Assembly (NCBI GenBank): GCA_032718475.1
Contig: JAUCBJ010003088.1
Span: 1-64,000 of the forward strand
Reading direction: 5' to 3'
DNA length: 64,000 nucleotides
DNA from: Nemertoderma westbladi
Taxonomy: Eukaryota > Animalia > Xenacoelomorpha
Shown here: in pieces, positions 24,701 through 39,700 of the stretch
How the letters are laid out: each line of letters opens with the position of its first letter
How positions within the stretch are numbered: the first letter of the stretch is position 1
Position numbers and translations under genes: made by a program
Notes under the pieces: model-generated
The model's database searches: none
Seen by the model: only the letters and a program-made list of their open reading frames with translations
What the model was told of the DNA's origin: nothing

Positions 24701-27700
24701 ACAGCAGTTAGAACCAGTACTCCTATATGGAGTCCATCATACAGCAGTTAGAACCAGTACTCCTATATGGAGTCCATCATACAGCAGTTAGACCCAGTAC
24801 TCCTATATGGAGTCCATCAATCATAAGTTAGAACCAGTACTCCTATATGGAGTCCATCATACAGCAGTTAGAACCAGTACTCCTATATGGAGTCCATCAT
24901 ACAGCAGTTAGAACCAGTACTCCTATATGGAGTCCATCATACAGCAGTTAGACCCAGTACTCCTATATGGAGTCCATCAATCATAAGTTAGAACCAGTAC
25001 TCCTATATGGAGTCCATCATACAGCTGTTAGAACCAGTACTCCTATATGGAGTCCATCATACAGCAGTTAGAACCAGTACTCCTATATGGAGTCCATCAT
25101 ACAGCAGTTAGAACCAGTACTCCTATATGGAGTCCATCATACAGAAGTTAGAACTAGTACTCCTATATGGAGTCCATCATACAGCAGTTAGAACCAGTAC
25201 TCCTATATGGAGTCTATCATACAGCAGTTAGAACCAGTACTCCTATATGGAGTCCATCAATCATAAGTTAGAACCAGTACTCCTATATGGAGTCCATCAT
25301 ACAGCAGTTAGAACCAGTACTCCTATATGGAGTCCATCATACAGCTGTTAGAACCAGTACTCCTATATGGAGTCCATCATACAGCTGTTAGAACCAGTAC
25401 TCCTATATGGAGTCCATCATACAGCAGTTAGAACCAGTACTCCTATATGGAGCATCAATCAGCAGATAGAACCAGGAACCAGTATTCCTATATGGATTCC
25501 ATCATACAGCAGTTAGAATCAGTACTCATATATGGAGTCCATCATACAACTCCTATATGGAGTCCATCATACAGCAGTTAGAATCAGTACTCCTATATGG
25601 AGTCCATCATACAGCAGTTAGAACCAGTACTCCTATATGGAGTCCATCATGCAGCAGTTAGAACCAGTACTCCTATATGGAGTCCATCATACAGCAGTTA
25701 GAATCAGTACTCCTATATGGAGTTCATCAATCAGCAGTTAGAACCAGTACTCCTATATGGAGTCTATCAATCAGAAGTTAGAACCAGTACTCCTTTATGG
25801 AGTCCATCATACAGTAATTAGAACCAGTACTCCTCAATCAGCAGTTAGAACCAGTACTCCTTTATGGAGTCCATCAATCATAAGTTAGAACCAGTACTCC
25901 TATATGGAGTCCATCATACAGCAGTTAGAACCAGTACTCCTATATGGAGTCCATCATACAGCAGTTAGAATCAGTACTCCTATATGGAGTTCATCAATCA
26001 GCAGTTAGAACCAGTACTCCTATATGGAGTCTATCAATCAGAAGTTAGAACCAGTACTCCTTTATGGAGTCCATCATACAGTAATTAGAACCAGTACTCC
26101 TCAATCAGCAATTAGAACCAGTACTCCTTTATGGAGTCCATCAATCAGAAGTTAGAACCAGTACTCCTATATGGAGTCCATCAATCATAAGTTAGAACCA
26201 GTACTCCTATATGGAGTCCATCATACAGCAGTTAGAACCAGTACTCATATATGGAGTCCATCATACAGAAGTTAGAACCAGTACTCCTATATGGAGTCCA
26301 TCATACAAAAGTTATAACCAGTACTCCTATATGGAGTCCATCATACAGCAGTTAGAATCAGTACTCCTATATGGAGTCCATCATACAGCAGTTAGAATCA
26401 GTACTCCTATATGGAGTTCATCAATCAGCAGTTAGAACCAGTACTCCTATATGGAGTCTATCAATCAGAAGTTAGAACCAGTACTCCTTTATGGAGTCCA
26501 TCATACAGTAATTAGAACCAGTACTCCTCAATCAGCAGTTAGAACCAGTACTCCTTTATGGAGTCCATCAATCAGAAGTTAGAACCAGTACTCCTATATG
26601 GAGTCCATCATACAGCAGTTAGAACCAGTACTCCTATATGGAGTCCATCATACAGCAGTTAGAATCAGTACTCCTATATGGAGTTCATCAATCAGCAGTT
26701 AGAACCAGTACTCCTATATGGAGTCTATCAATCAGAAGTTAGAACCAGTACTCCTTTATGGAGTCCATCATACAGTAATTAGAACCAGTACTCCTCAATC
26801 AGCAATTAGAACCAGTACTCCTTTATGGAGTCCATCAATCAGAAGTTAGAACCAGTACTCCTATATGGAGTCCATCAATCATAAGTTAGAACCAGTACTC
26901 CTATATGGAGTCCATCATACAGCAGTTAGAACCAGTACTCATATATGGAGTCCATCATACAGAAGTTAGAACCAGTACTCCTATATGGAGTCCATCATAC
27001 AAAAGTTAGAACCAGTACTCCTATATGGAGTCCATCATACAGCAGTTAGAATCAGTACTCCTATATGGAGTCCATCATACAAAAGTTAGAACCAGTACTC
27101 CTATATGGAGTCCATCAATCATAAGTTAGAACCAGTACTCCTATATGGAGTCCATCAATCATAAGTTAGAACCAGTACTCCTATATGGAGTCCATCATAC
27201 AGCAGTTAGAACCAGTACTCCTATATGGAGTCCATCATACAGAAGTTAGAACTAGTACTCCTATATGGAGTCCATCATACAGCAGTTAGAACCAGTACTC
27301 CTATATGGAGTCCATCATACAGCTGTTAGAACCAGTACTCCTATATGGAGTCCATCATACAGCTGTTAGAACCAGTACTCCTATATGGAGTCCATCATAC
27401 AGCAGTTAGAACCAGTACTCCTATATGGAGCATCAATCAGCAGATAGAACCAGGAACCAGTATTCCTATATGGATTCCATCATACAGCAGTTAGAATCAG
27501 TACTCCTATATGGAGTCCATCATACAACTCCTATATGGAGTCCATCATACAGCAGTTAGAATCAGTACTCCTATATGGAGTCCATCATACAGCAGTTAGA
27601 ACCAGTACTCCTATATGGAGTCCATCATGCAGCAGTTAGAACCAGTACTCCTATATGGAGTCCATCATACAGCAGTTAGAATCAGTATTCCTATATGGAG

Positions 27701-30700
27701 TTCATCAATCAGCAGTTAGAACCAGTACTCCTATATGGAGTCTATCAATCAGAAGTTAGAACCAGTACTCCTTTATGGAGTCCATCATACAGTAATTAGA
27801 ACCAGTACTCCTCAATCAGCAGTTAGAACCAGTACTCCTTTATGGAGTCCATCAATCAGAAGTTAGAACCAGTACTCCTATATGGAGTCCATCATACAGC
27901 AGTTAGAACCAGTACTCCTATATGGAGTCCATCATACAGCAGTTAGAATCAGTACTCCTATATGGAGTTCATCAATCAGCAGTTAGAACCAGTACTCCTA
28001 TATGGAGTCTATCAATCAGAAGTTAGAACCAGTACTCCTTTATGGAGTCCATCATACAGTAATTAGAACCAGTACTCCTCAATCAGCAGTTAGAACCAGT
28101 ACTCCTTTATGGAGTCCATCAATCAGAAGTTAGAACCAGTACTCCTATATGGAGTCCATCAATCATAAGTTAGAACCAGTACTCCTATATGGAGTCCATC
28201 ATACAGCAGTTAGAACCAGTACTCATATATGGAGTCCATCATACAGAAGTTAGAACCAGTACTCCTATATTGAGTCCATCATACAAAAGTTAGAACCAGT
28301 ACTCCTATATGGAGTCCATCATACAGCAGTTAGAATCAGTACTCCTATATGGAGTCCATCATACAGCAGTTAGAATCAGTACTCCTATATGGAGTTCATC
28401 AATCAGCAGTTAGAACCAGTACTCCTATATGGAGTCTATCAATCAGAAGTTAGAACCAGTACTCCTTTATGGAGTCCATCATACAGTAATTAGAACCAGT
28501 ACTCCTCAATCAGCAGTTAGAACCAGTACTCCTTTATGGAGTCCATCAATCAGAAGTTAGAACCAGTACTCCTATATGGAGTCCATCATACAGCAGTTAG
28601 AACCAGTACTCCTATATGGAGTCCATCATACAGCAGTTAGAATCAGTACTCCTATATGGAGTTCATCAATCAGCAGTTAGAACCAGTACTCCTATATGGA
28701 GTCTATCAATCAGAAGTTAGAACCAGTACTCCTTTATGGAGTCCATCATACAGTAATTAGAACCAGTACTCCTCAATCAGCAGTTAGAACCAGTACTCCT
28801 TTATGGAGTCCATCAATCAGAAGTTAGAACCAGTACTCCTATATGGAGTCCATCAATCATAAGTTAGAACCAGTACTCCTATATGGAGTCCATCATACAG
28901 CAGTTAGAACCAGTACTCATATATGGAGTCCATCATACAGAAGTTAGAACCAGTACTCCTATATGGAGTCCATCATACAAAAGTTAGAACCAGTACTCCT
29001 ATATGGAGTCCATCATACAGCAGTTAGAATCAGTACTCCTATATGGAGTCCATCATACAAAAGTTAGAACCAGTACTCCTATATGGAGTCAATCAATCAT
29101 AAGTTAGAACCAGTACTCCTATATGGAGTCCATCAATCATAAGTTAGAACCAGTACTCCTATATGGAGTCCATCATACAGCAGTTAGAACCAGTACTCCT
29201 ATATGGAGTCCATCATACAGAAGTTAGAACCAGTACTCCTATATGGAGTCCATCATACAGCAGTTAGAACCAGTACTCCTATATGGAGTCCATCAATCAG
29301 AAGTTAGAACCAGTAATCCTATATGGAGTCCATCATACAGCAGTTAGAACCAGTACTCCTATATGGAGTCCATCATACAGCTGTTAGAACCAGTACTCCT
29401 ATATGGAGTCCATCATACAGCAGTTAGAACCAGTACTCCTATATGGAGTCCATCATACAGCAGTTAGAACCAGTACTCCTATATGGAGTCCATCATACAG
29501 AAGTTAGAACTAGTACTCCTATATGGAGTCCATCATACAGCAGTTAGAACCAGTACTCCTATATGGAGTCTATCATACAGCAGTTAGAACCAGTACTCCT
29601 ATATGGAGTCCATCAATCATAAGTTAGAACCAGTACTCCTATATGGAGTCCTTCATACAGCAGTTAGAACCAGTACTCCTATATGGATTCCATCATACAA
29701 CTCCTATATGGAGTCCATCATACAGCAGTTAGAATCAGTACTCCTATATGGAGTCCATCATACAGCAGTTAGAACCAGTACTCCTATATGGAGTCCATCA
29801 TGCAGCAGTTAGAACCAGTACTCCTATATGGAGTCCATCATACAGCAGTTAGAACCAGTACTCCTATATGGAGTCCATCATACAGCAGTTAGAATCAGTA
29901 CTCCTATATGGAGTTCATCAATCAGCAGTTAGAACCAGTACTCCTATATGGAGTCTATCAATCAGAAGTTAGAACCAGTACTACTTTATGGAGTCCATCA
30001 TACAGTAATTAGAACCAGTACTCCTCAATCAGCAGTTAGAACCAGTACTCCTTTATGGAGTCCATCAATCAGAAGTTAGAACCAGTACTCCTATATGGAG
30101 TCCATCATACAGCAGTTAGAACCAGTACTCCTATATGGAGTCCATCATACAGCAGTTAGAATCAGTACTCCTATATGGAGTTCATCAATCAGCAGTTAGA
30201 ACCAGGAACCAGTATTCCTATATGGATTCCATCATACAGCAGTTAGAATCAGTACTCCTATATGGAGTCCATCATACAACTCCTATATGGAGTCCATCAT
30301 ACAGCAGTTAGAATCAGTACTCCTATATGGAGTCCATCATACAGCAGTTAGAACCAGTACTCCTATATGGAGTCCATCATGCAGCAGTTAGAACCAGTAC
30401 TCCTATATGGAGTCCATCATACAGCAGTTAGAACCAGTACTCCTATATGGAGTCCATCATACAGCAGTTAGAATCAGTACTCCTATATGGAGTTCATCAA
30501 TCAGCAGTTAGAACCAGTACTCCTATATGGAGTCTATCAATCAGAAGTTAGAACCAGTACTCCTTTATGGAGTCCATCATACAGTAATTAGAACCAGTAC
30601 TCCTCAATCAGCAGTTAGAACCAGTACTCCTTTATGGAGTCCATCAATCAGAAGTTAGAACCAGTACTCCTATATGGAGTCCATCATACAGCAGTTAGAA

Positions 30701-33700
30701 CCAGTACTCCTATATGGAGTCCATCATACAGCAGTTAGAATCAGTACTCCTATATGGAGTTCATCAATCAGCAGTTAGAACCAGTACTCCTATATGGAGT
30801 CTATCAATCAGAAGTTAGAACCAGTACTCCTTTATGGAGTCCATCATACAGTAATTAGAACCAGTACTCCTCAATCAGCAGTTAGAACCAGTACTCCTTT
30901 ATGGAGTCCATCAATCAGAAGTTAGAACCAGTACTCCTATATGGAGTCCATCAATCAGAAGTTAGAACCAGTACTCCTATATGGAGTCCATCAATCAGAA
31001 GTTAGAACCAGTACTCCTATATGGAGTCCATCATACAGCAGTTAGAACCAGTACTCCTATATGGAGTCCATCAATCAGAATCAGAAGTTAGAACCAGTAC
31101 TCCTATATGGAGTCCATCATACAGCAGTTAGAACAAGTACTCCTATATGGAGTCCATCATACAGCAGTTAGAACCAGTACTCCTATATGGAGTCCATCAT
31201 ACAGCAGTTAGAACCAGTACTCCTATATGGAGTCCCATCATACAGCAGTTAGAACCAGTACTCCTATATGGAGTCCATCAATCAGCAGATAGAACCAGGA
31301 ACCAGTACTCCTATATGGAGTCCATCATACAGCAGTTAGAACCAGTACTCCTATATGGAGTCCATCATATCAGAAGTTAGAACCAGTACTCCTATATGGA
31401 GTCCATCAATCAGCAGTTAGAACCAGTACTCCTATATGGAGTCCATCATACAGCAGTTAGAACCAGTACTCCTATATGGAGTCCATCATACAGCAGTTAG
31501 AACCAGTACTCCTATATGGAGTCCATCATACAGCAGTTAGACCCAGTACTCCTATATGGAGTCCATCAATCATAAGTTAGAACCAGTACTCCTATATGGA
31601 GTCCATCATACAGCAGTTAGAACCAGTACTCCTATATGGAGTCCATCATACAGCAGTTAGAACCAGTACTCCTATATGGAGTCCATCATACAGCAGTTAG
31701 AACCAGTACTCCTATATGGAGTCCATCAATCATAAGTTAGAACCAGTACTCCTATATGGAGTCCATCATACAGCTGTTAGAACCAGTACTCCTATATGGA
31801 GTCCATCATACAGTAATTAGAACCAGTACTCCTCAATCAGCAGTTAGAACCAGTACTCCTTTATGGAGTCCATCAATCAGAAGTTAGAACCAGTACTCCT
31901 ATATGGAGTCCATCATACAGCAGTTAGAACCAGTACTCCTATATGGAGTCCATCATACAGCAGTTAGAACCAGTACTCCTATATGGAGTTCATCAATCAG
32001 CAGTTAGAACCAGGAACCAGTATTCCTATATGGATTCCATCATACAGCAGTTAGAATCAGTACTCCTATATGGAGTCCATCATACAACTCCTATATGGAG
32101 TCCATCATACAGCAGTTAGAATCAGTACTCCTATATGGAGTCCATCATACAGCAGTTAGAACCAGTACTCCTATATGGAGTCCATCATGCAGCAGTTAGA
32201 ACCAGTACTCCTATATGGAGTCCATCATACAGCAGTTAGAACCAGTACTCCTATATGGAGTCCATCATACAGCAGTTAGAATCAGTACTCCTATATGGAG
32301 TTCATCAATCAGCAGTTAGAACCAGTACTCCTATATGGAGTCTATCAATCAGAAGTTAGAACCAGTACTCCTTTATGGAGTCCATCATACAGTAATTAGA
32401 ACCAGTACTCCTCAATCAGCAGTTAGAACCAGTACTCCTTTATGGAGTCCATCAATCAGAAGTTAGAACCAGTACTCCTATATGGAGTCCATCATACAGC
32501 AGTTAGAACCAGTACTCCTATATGGAGTCCATCATACAGCAGTTAGAATCAGTACTCCTATATGGAGTTCATCAATCAGCAGTTAGAACCAGTACTCCTA
32601 TATGGAGTCTATCAATCAGAAGTTAGAACCAGTACTCCTTTATGGAGTCCATCATACAGTAATTAGAACCAGTACTCCTCAATCAGCAGTTAGAACCAGT
32701 ACTCCTTTATGGAGTCCATCAATCAGAAGTTAGAACCAGTACTCCTATATGGAGTCCATCAATCAGAAGTTAGAACCAGTACTCCTATATGGAGTCCATC
32801 AATCAGAAGTTAGAACCAGTACTCCTATATGGAGTCCATCATACAGCAGTTAGAACCAGTACTCCTATATGGAGTCCATCAATCAGAATCAGAAGTTAGA
32901 ACCAGTACTCCTATATGGAGTCCATCATACAGCAGTTAGAACAAGTACTCCTATATGGAGTCCATCATACAGCAGTTAGAACCAGTACTCCTATATGGAG
33001 TCCATCATACAGCAGTTAGAACCAGTACTCCTATATGGAGTCCCATCATACAGCAGTTAGAACCAGTACTCCTATATGGAGCATCAATCAGCAGATAGAA
33101 CCAGGAACCAGTACTCCTATATGGATTCCATCATACAGCAGTTAGAACCAGTACTCCTATATGGAGTCCATCAATCAGAAGTTAGAACCAGTACTCCTAT
33201 ATGGATTCCATCAATCAGCAGTTAGAACCAGTACTCCTATATGGAGTCCATCATACAGCAGTTAGAACCAGTACTCCTATATGGAGTCCATCATACAGCA
33301 GTTAGAACCAGTACTCCTATATGGAGTCCATCATACAGCAGTTAGACCCAGTACTCCTATATGGAGTCCATCAATCATAAGTTAGAACCAGTACTCCTAT
33401 ATGGAGTCCATCATACAGCAGTTAGAACCAGTACTCCTATATGGAGTCCATCATACAGCAGTTAGAACCAGTACTCCTATATGGAGTCCATCATACAGCA
33501 GTTAGACCCAGTACTCCTATATGGAGTCCATCAATCATAAGTTAGAACCAGTACTCCTATATGGAGTCCATCATACAGCTGTTAGAACCAGTACTCCTAT
33601 ATGGAGTCCATCATACAGCAGTTAGAACCAGTACTCCTATATGGAGTCCATCATACAGCAGTTAGAACCAGTACTCCTATATGGAGTCCATCATACAGAA

Positions 33701-36700
33701 GTTAGAACTAGTACTCCTATATGGAGTCCATCATACAGCAGTTAGAACCAGTACTCCTATATGGAGTCTATCATACAGCAGTTAGAACCAGTACTCCTAT
33801 ATGGAGTCCATCAATCATAAGTTAGAACCAGTACTCCTATATGGAGTCCATCATACAGCAGTTAGAACCAGTACTCCTATATGGAGTCCATCATACAGCT
33901 GTTAGAACCAGTACTCCTATATGGAGTCCATCATACAGCTGTTAGAACCAGTACTCCTATATGGAGTCCATCATACAGCAGTTAGAACCAGTACTCCTAT
34001 ATGGAGCATCAATCAGCAGATAGAACCAGGAACCAGTATTCCTATATGGATTCCATCATACAGCAGTTAGAATCAGTACTCCTATATGGAGTCCATCATA
34101 CAACTCCTATATGGAGTCCATCATACAGCAGTTAGAATCAGTACTCCTATATGGAGTCCATCATACAGCAGTTAGAACCAGTACTCCTATATGGAGTCCA
34201 TCATGCAGCAGTTAGAACCAGTACTCCTATATGGAGTCCATCATACAGCAGTTAGAACCAGTACTCCTATATGGAGTCCATCATACAGCAGTTAGAATCA
34301 GTACTCCTATATGGAGTTCATCAATCAGCAGTTAGAACCAGTACTCCTATATGGAGTCTATCAATCAGAAGTTAGAACCAGTACTCCTTTATGGAGTCCA
34401 TCATACAGTAATTAGAACCAGTACTCCTCAATCAGCAGTTAGAACCAGTACTCCTTTATGGAGTCCATCAATCAGAAGTTAGAACCAGTACTCCTATATG
34501 GAGTCCATCATACAGCAGTTAGAACCAGTACTCCTATATGGAGTCCATCATACAGCAGTTAGAATCAGTACTCCTATATGGAGTTCATCAATCAGCAGTT
34601 AGAACCAGTACTCCTATATGGAGTCTATCAATCAGAAGTTAGAACCAGTACTCCTTTATGGAGTCCATCATACAGTAATTAGAACCAGTACTCCTCAATC
34701 AGCAGTTAGAACCAGTACTCCTTTATGGAGTCCATCAATCAGAAGTTAGAACCAGTACTCCTATATGGAGTCCATCAATCAGAAGTTAGAACCAGTACTC
34801 CTATATGGAGTCCATCAATCAGAAGTTAGAACCAGTACTCCTATATGGAGTCCATCATACAGCAGTTAGAACCAGTACTCCTATATGGAGTCCATCAATC
34901 AGAATCAGAAGTTAGAACCAGTACTCCTATATGGAGTCCATCATACAGCAGTTAGAACAAGTACTCCTATATGGAGTCCATCATACAGCAGTTAGAACCA
35001 GTACTCCTATATGGAGTCCATCATACAGCAGTTAGAACCAGTACTCCTATATGGAGTCCCATCATACAGCAGTTAGAACCAGTACTCCTATATGGAGCAT
35101 CAATCAGCAGATAGAACCAGGAACCAGTACTCCTATATGGATTCCATCATACAGCAGTTAGAACCAGTACTCCTATATGGAGTCCATCAATCAGAAGTTA
35201 GAACCAGTACTCCTATATGGATTCCATCAATCAGCAGTTAGAACCAGTACTCCTATATGGAGTCCATCATACAGCAGTTAGAACCAGTACTCCTATATGG
35301 AGTCCATCATACAGCAGTTAGAACCAGTACTCCTATATGGAGTCCATCATACAGCAGTTAGACCCAGTACTCCTATATGGAGTCCATCAATCATAAGTTA
35401 GAACCAGTACTCCTATATGGAGTCCATCATACAGCAGTTAGAACCAGTACTCCTATATGGAGTCCATCATACAGCAGTTAGAACCAGTACTCCTATATGG
35501 AGTCCATCATACAGCAGTTAGACCCAGTACTCCTATATGGAGTCCATCAATCATAAGTTAGAACCAGTACTCCTATATGGAGTCCATCATACAGCTGTTA
35601 GAACCAGTACTCCTATATGGAGTCCATCATACAGCAGTTAGAACCAGTACTCCTATATGGAGTCCATCATACAGCAGTTAGAACCAGTACTCCTATATGG
35701 AGTCCATCATACAGAAGTTAGAACTAGTACTCCTATATGGAGTCCATCATACAGCAGTTAGAACCAGTACTCCTATATGGAGTCTATCATACAGCAGTTA
35801 GAACCAGTACTCCTATATGGAGTCCATCAATCATAAGTTAGAACCAGTACTCCTATATGGAGTCCATCATACAGCAGTTAGAACCAGTACTCCTATATGG
35901 AGTCCATCATACAGCTGTTAGAACCAGTACTCCTATATGGAGTCCATCATACAGCTGTTAGAACCAGTACTCCTATATGGAGTCCATCATACAGCAGTTA
36001 GAACCAGTACTCCTATATGGAGCATCAATCAGTAGATAGAACCAGGAACCAGTATTCCTATATGGATTCCATCATACAGCAGTTAGAATCAGTACTCCTA
36101 TATGGAGTCCATCATACAACTCCTATATGGAGTCCATCATACAGCAGTTAGAATCAGTACTCCTATATGGAGTCCATCATACAGCAGTTAGAACCAGTAC
36201 TCCTATATGGAGTCCACCATGCAGCAGTTAGAACCAGTACTCCTATATGGAGTCCATCATACAGCAGTTAGAACCAGTACTCCTATATGGAGTCCATCAT
36301 ACAGCAGTTAGAATCAGTACTCCTATATGGAATTCATCAATCAGCAGTTAGAACCAGTACTCCTATATGGAGTCTATCAATCAGAAGTTAGAACCAGTAC
36401 TCCTTTATGGAGTCCATCATACAGTAATTAGAACCAGTACTCCTCAATCAGCAGTTAGAACCAGTACTCCTTTATGGAGTCCATCAATCAGAAGTTAGAA
36501 CCAGTACTCCTATATGGAGTCCATCATACAGCAGTTAGAACCAGTACTCCTATATGGAGTCCATCATACAGCAGTTAGAATCAGTACTCCTATATGGAGT
36601 TCATCAATCAGCAGTTAGAACCAGTACTCCTATATGGAGTCTATCAATCAGAAGTTAGAACCAGTACTCCTTTATGGAGTCCATCATACAGTAATTAGAA

Positions 36701-39700
36701 CCAGTACTCCTCAATCAGCAGTTAGAACCAGTACTCCTTTATGGAGTCCATCAATCAGAAGTTAGAACCAGTACTCCTATATGGAGTCCATCAATCAGAA
36801 GTTAGAACCAGTACTCCTATATGGAGTCCATCAATCAGAAGTTAGAACCAGTACTCCTATATGGAGTCCATCATACAGCAGTTAGAACCAGTACTCCTAT
36901 ATGGAGTCCATCAATCAGAATCAGAAGTTAGAACCAGTACTCCTCAATCAGCAGTTAGAACCAGTACTCCTTTATGGAGTCCATCAATCAGAAGTTAGAA
37001 CCAGTACTCCTATATGGAGTCCATCAATCAGAAGTTAGAACCAGTACTCCTATATGGAGTCCATCAATCAGAAGTTAGAACCAGTACTCCTATATGGAGT
37101 CCATCATACAGCAGTTAGAACCAGTACTCCTATATGGAGTCCATCAATCAGAATCAGAAGTTAGAACCAGTACTCCTATATGGAGTCCATCATACAGCAG
37201 TTAGAACAAGTACTCCTATATGGAGTCCATCATACAGCAGTTAGAACCAGTACTCCTATATGGAGTCCATCATACAGCAGTTAGAACCAGTACTCCTATA
37301 TGGAGTCCCATCATACAGCAGTTAGAACCAGTACTCCTATATGGAGCATCAATCAGCAGATAGAACCAGGAACCAGTACTCCTATATGGATTCCATCATA
37401 CAGCAGTTAGAACCAGTACTCCTATATGGAGTCCATCAATCAGAAGTTAGAACCAGTACTCCTATATGGATTCCATCAATCAGCAGTTAGAACCAGTACT
37501 CCTATATGGAGTCCATCATACAGCAGTTAGAACCAGTACTCCTATATGGAGTCCATCATACAGCAGTTAGAACCAGTACTCCTATATGGAGTCCATCATA
37601 CAGCAGTTAGACCCAGTACTCCTATATGGAGTCCATCAATCATAAGTTAGAACCAGTACTCCTATATGGAGTCCATCATACAGCAGTTAGAACCAGTACT
37701 CCTATATGGAGTCCATCATACAGCAGTTAGAACCAGTACTCCTATATGGAGTCAATCATACAGCAGTTAGACCCAGTACTCCTATATGGAGTCCATCAAT
37801 CATAAGTTAGAACCAGTACTCCTATATGGAGTCCATCATACAGCTGTTAGAACCAGTACTCCTATATGGAGTCCATCATACAGCAGTTAGAACCAGTACT
37901 CCTATATGGAGTCCATCATACAGCAGTTAGAACCAGTACTCCTATATGGAGTCCATCATACAGAAGTTAGAACTAGTACTCCTATATGGAGTCCATCATA
38001 CAGCAGTTAGAACCAGTACTCCTATATGGAGTCTATCATACAGCAGTTAGAACCAGTACTCCTATATGGAGTCCATCAATCATAAGTTAGAACCAGTACT
38101 CCTATATGGAGTCCATCATACAGCAGTTAGAACCAGTAATCCTATATGGAGTCCATCATACAGCTGTTAGAACCAGTACTCCTATATGGAGTCCATCATA
38201 CAGCTGTTAGAACCAGTACTCCTATATGGAGTCCATCATACAGCAGTTAGAACCAGTACTCCTATATGGAGCATCAATCAGCAGATAGAACCAGGAACCA
38301 GTATTCCTATATGGATTCCATCATACAGCAGTTAGAATCAGTACTCCTATATGGAGTCCATCATACAACTCCTATATGGAGTCCATCATACAGCAGTTAG
38401 AATCAGTACTCCTATATGGAGTCCATCATACAGCAGTTAGAACCAGTACTCCTATATGGAGTCCACCATGCAGCAGTTAGAACCAGTACTCCTATATGGA
38501 GTCCATCATACAGCAGTTAGAACCAGTACTCCTATATGGAGTCCATCATACAGAAGTTAGAACTAGTACTCCTATATGGAGTCCATCATACAGCAGTTAG
38601 AACCAGTACTCCTATATGGAGTCTATCATACAGCAGTTAGAACCAGTACTCCTATATGGAGTCCATCAATCATAAGTTAGAACCAGTACTCCTATATGGA
38701 GTCCATCATACAGCAGTTAGAACCAGTACTCCTATATGGAGTCCATCATACAGCTGTTAGAACCAGTACTCCTATATGGAGTCCATCATACAGCTGTTAG
38801 AACCAGTACTCCTATATGGAGTCCATCATACAGCAGTTAGAACCAGTACTCCTATATGGAGCATCAATCAGCAGATAGAACCAGGAACCAGTATTCCTAT
38901 ATGGATTCCATCATACAGCAGTTAGAATCAGTACTCCTATATGGAGTCCATCATACAACTCCTATATGGAGTCCATCATACAGCAGTTAGAATCAGTACT
39001 CCTATATGGAGTCCATCATACAGCAGTTAGAACCAGTACTCCTATATGGAGTCCACCATGCAGCAGTTAGAACCAGTACTCCTATATGGAGTCCATCATA
39101 CAGCAGTTAGAACCAGTACTCCTATATGGAGTCCATCATACAGCAGTTAGAATCAGTACTCCTATATGGAGTTCATCAATCAGCAGTTAGAACCAGTACT
39201 CCTATATGGAGTCTATCAATCAGAAGTTAGAACCAGTACTCCTTTATGGAGTCCATCATACAGTAATTAGAACCAGTACTCCTCAATCAGCAGTTAGAAC
39301 CAGTACTCCTTTATGGAGTCCATCAATCAGAAGTTAGAACCAGTACTCCTATATGGAGTCCATCATACAGCAGTTAGAACCAGTACTCCTATATGGAGTC
39401 CATCATACAGCAGTTAGAATCAGTACTCCTATATGGAGTTCATCAATCAGCAGTTAGAACCAGTACTCCTATATGGAGTCTATCAATCAGAAGTTAGAAC
39501 CAGTACTCCTTTATGGAGTCCATCATACAGTAATTAGAACCAGTACTCCTCAATCAGCAGTTAGAACCAGTACTCCTTTATGGAGTCCATCAATCAGAAG
39601 TTAGAACCAGTACTCCTATATGGAGTCCATCAATCAGAAGTTAGAACCAGTACTCCTATATGGAGTCCATCAATCAGAAGTTAGAACCAGTACTCCTATA

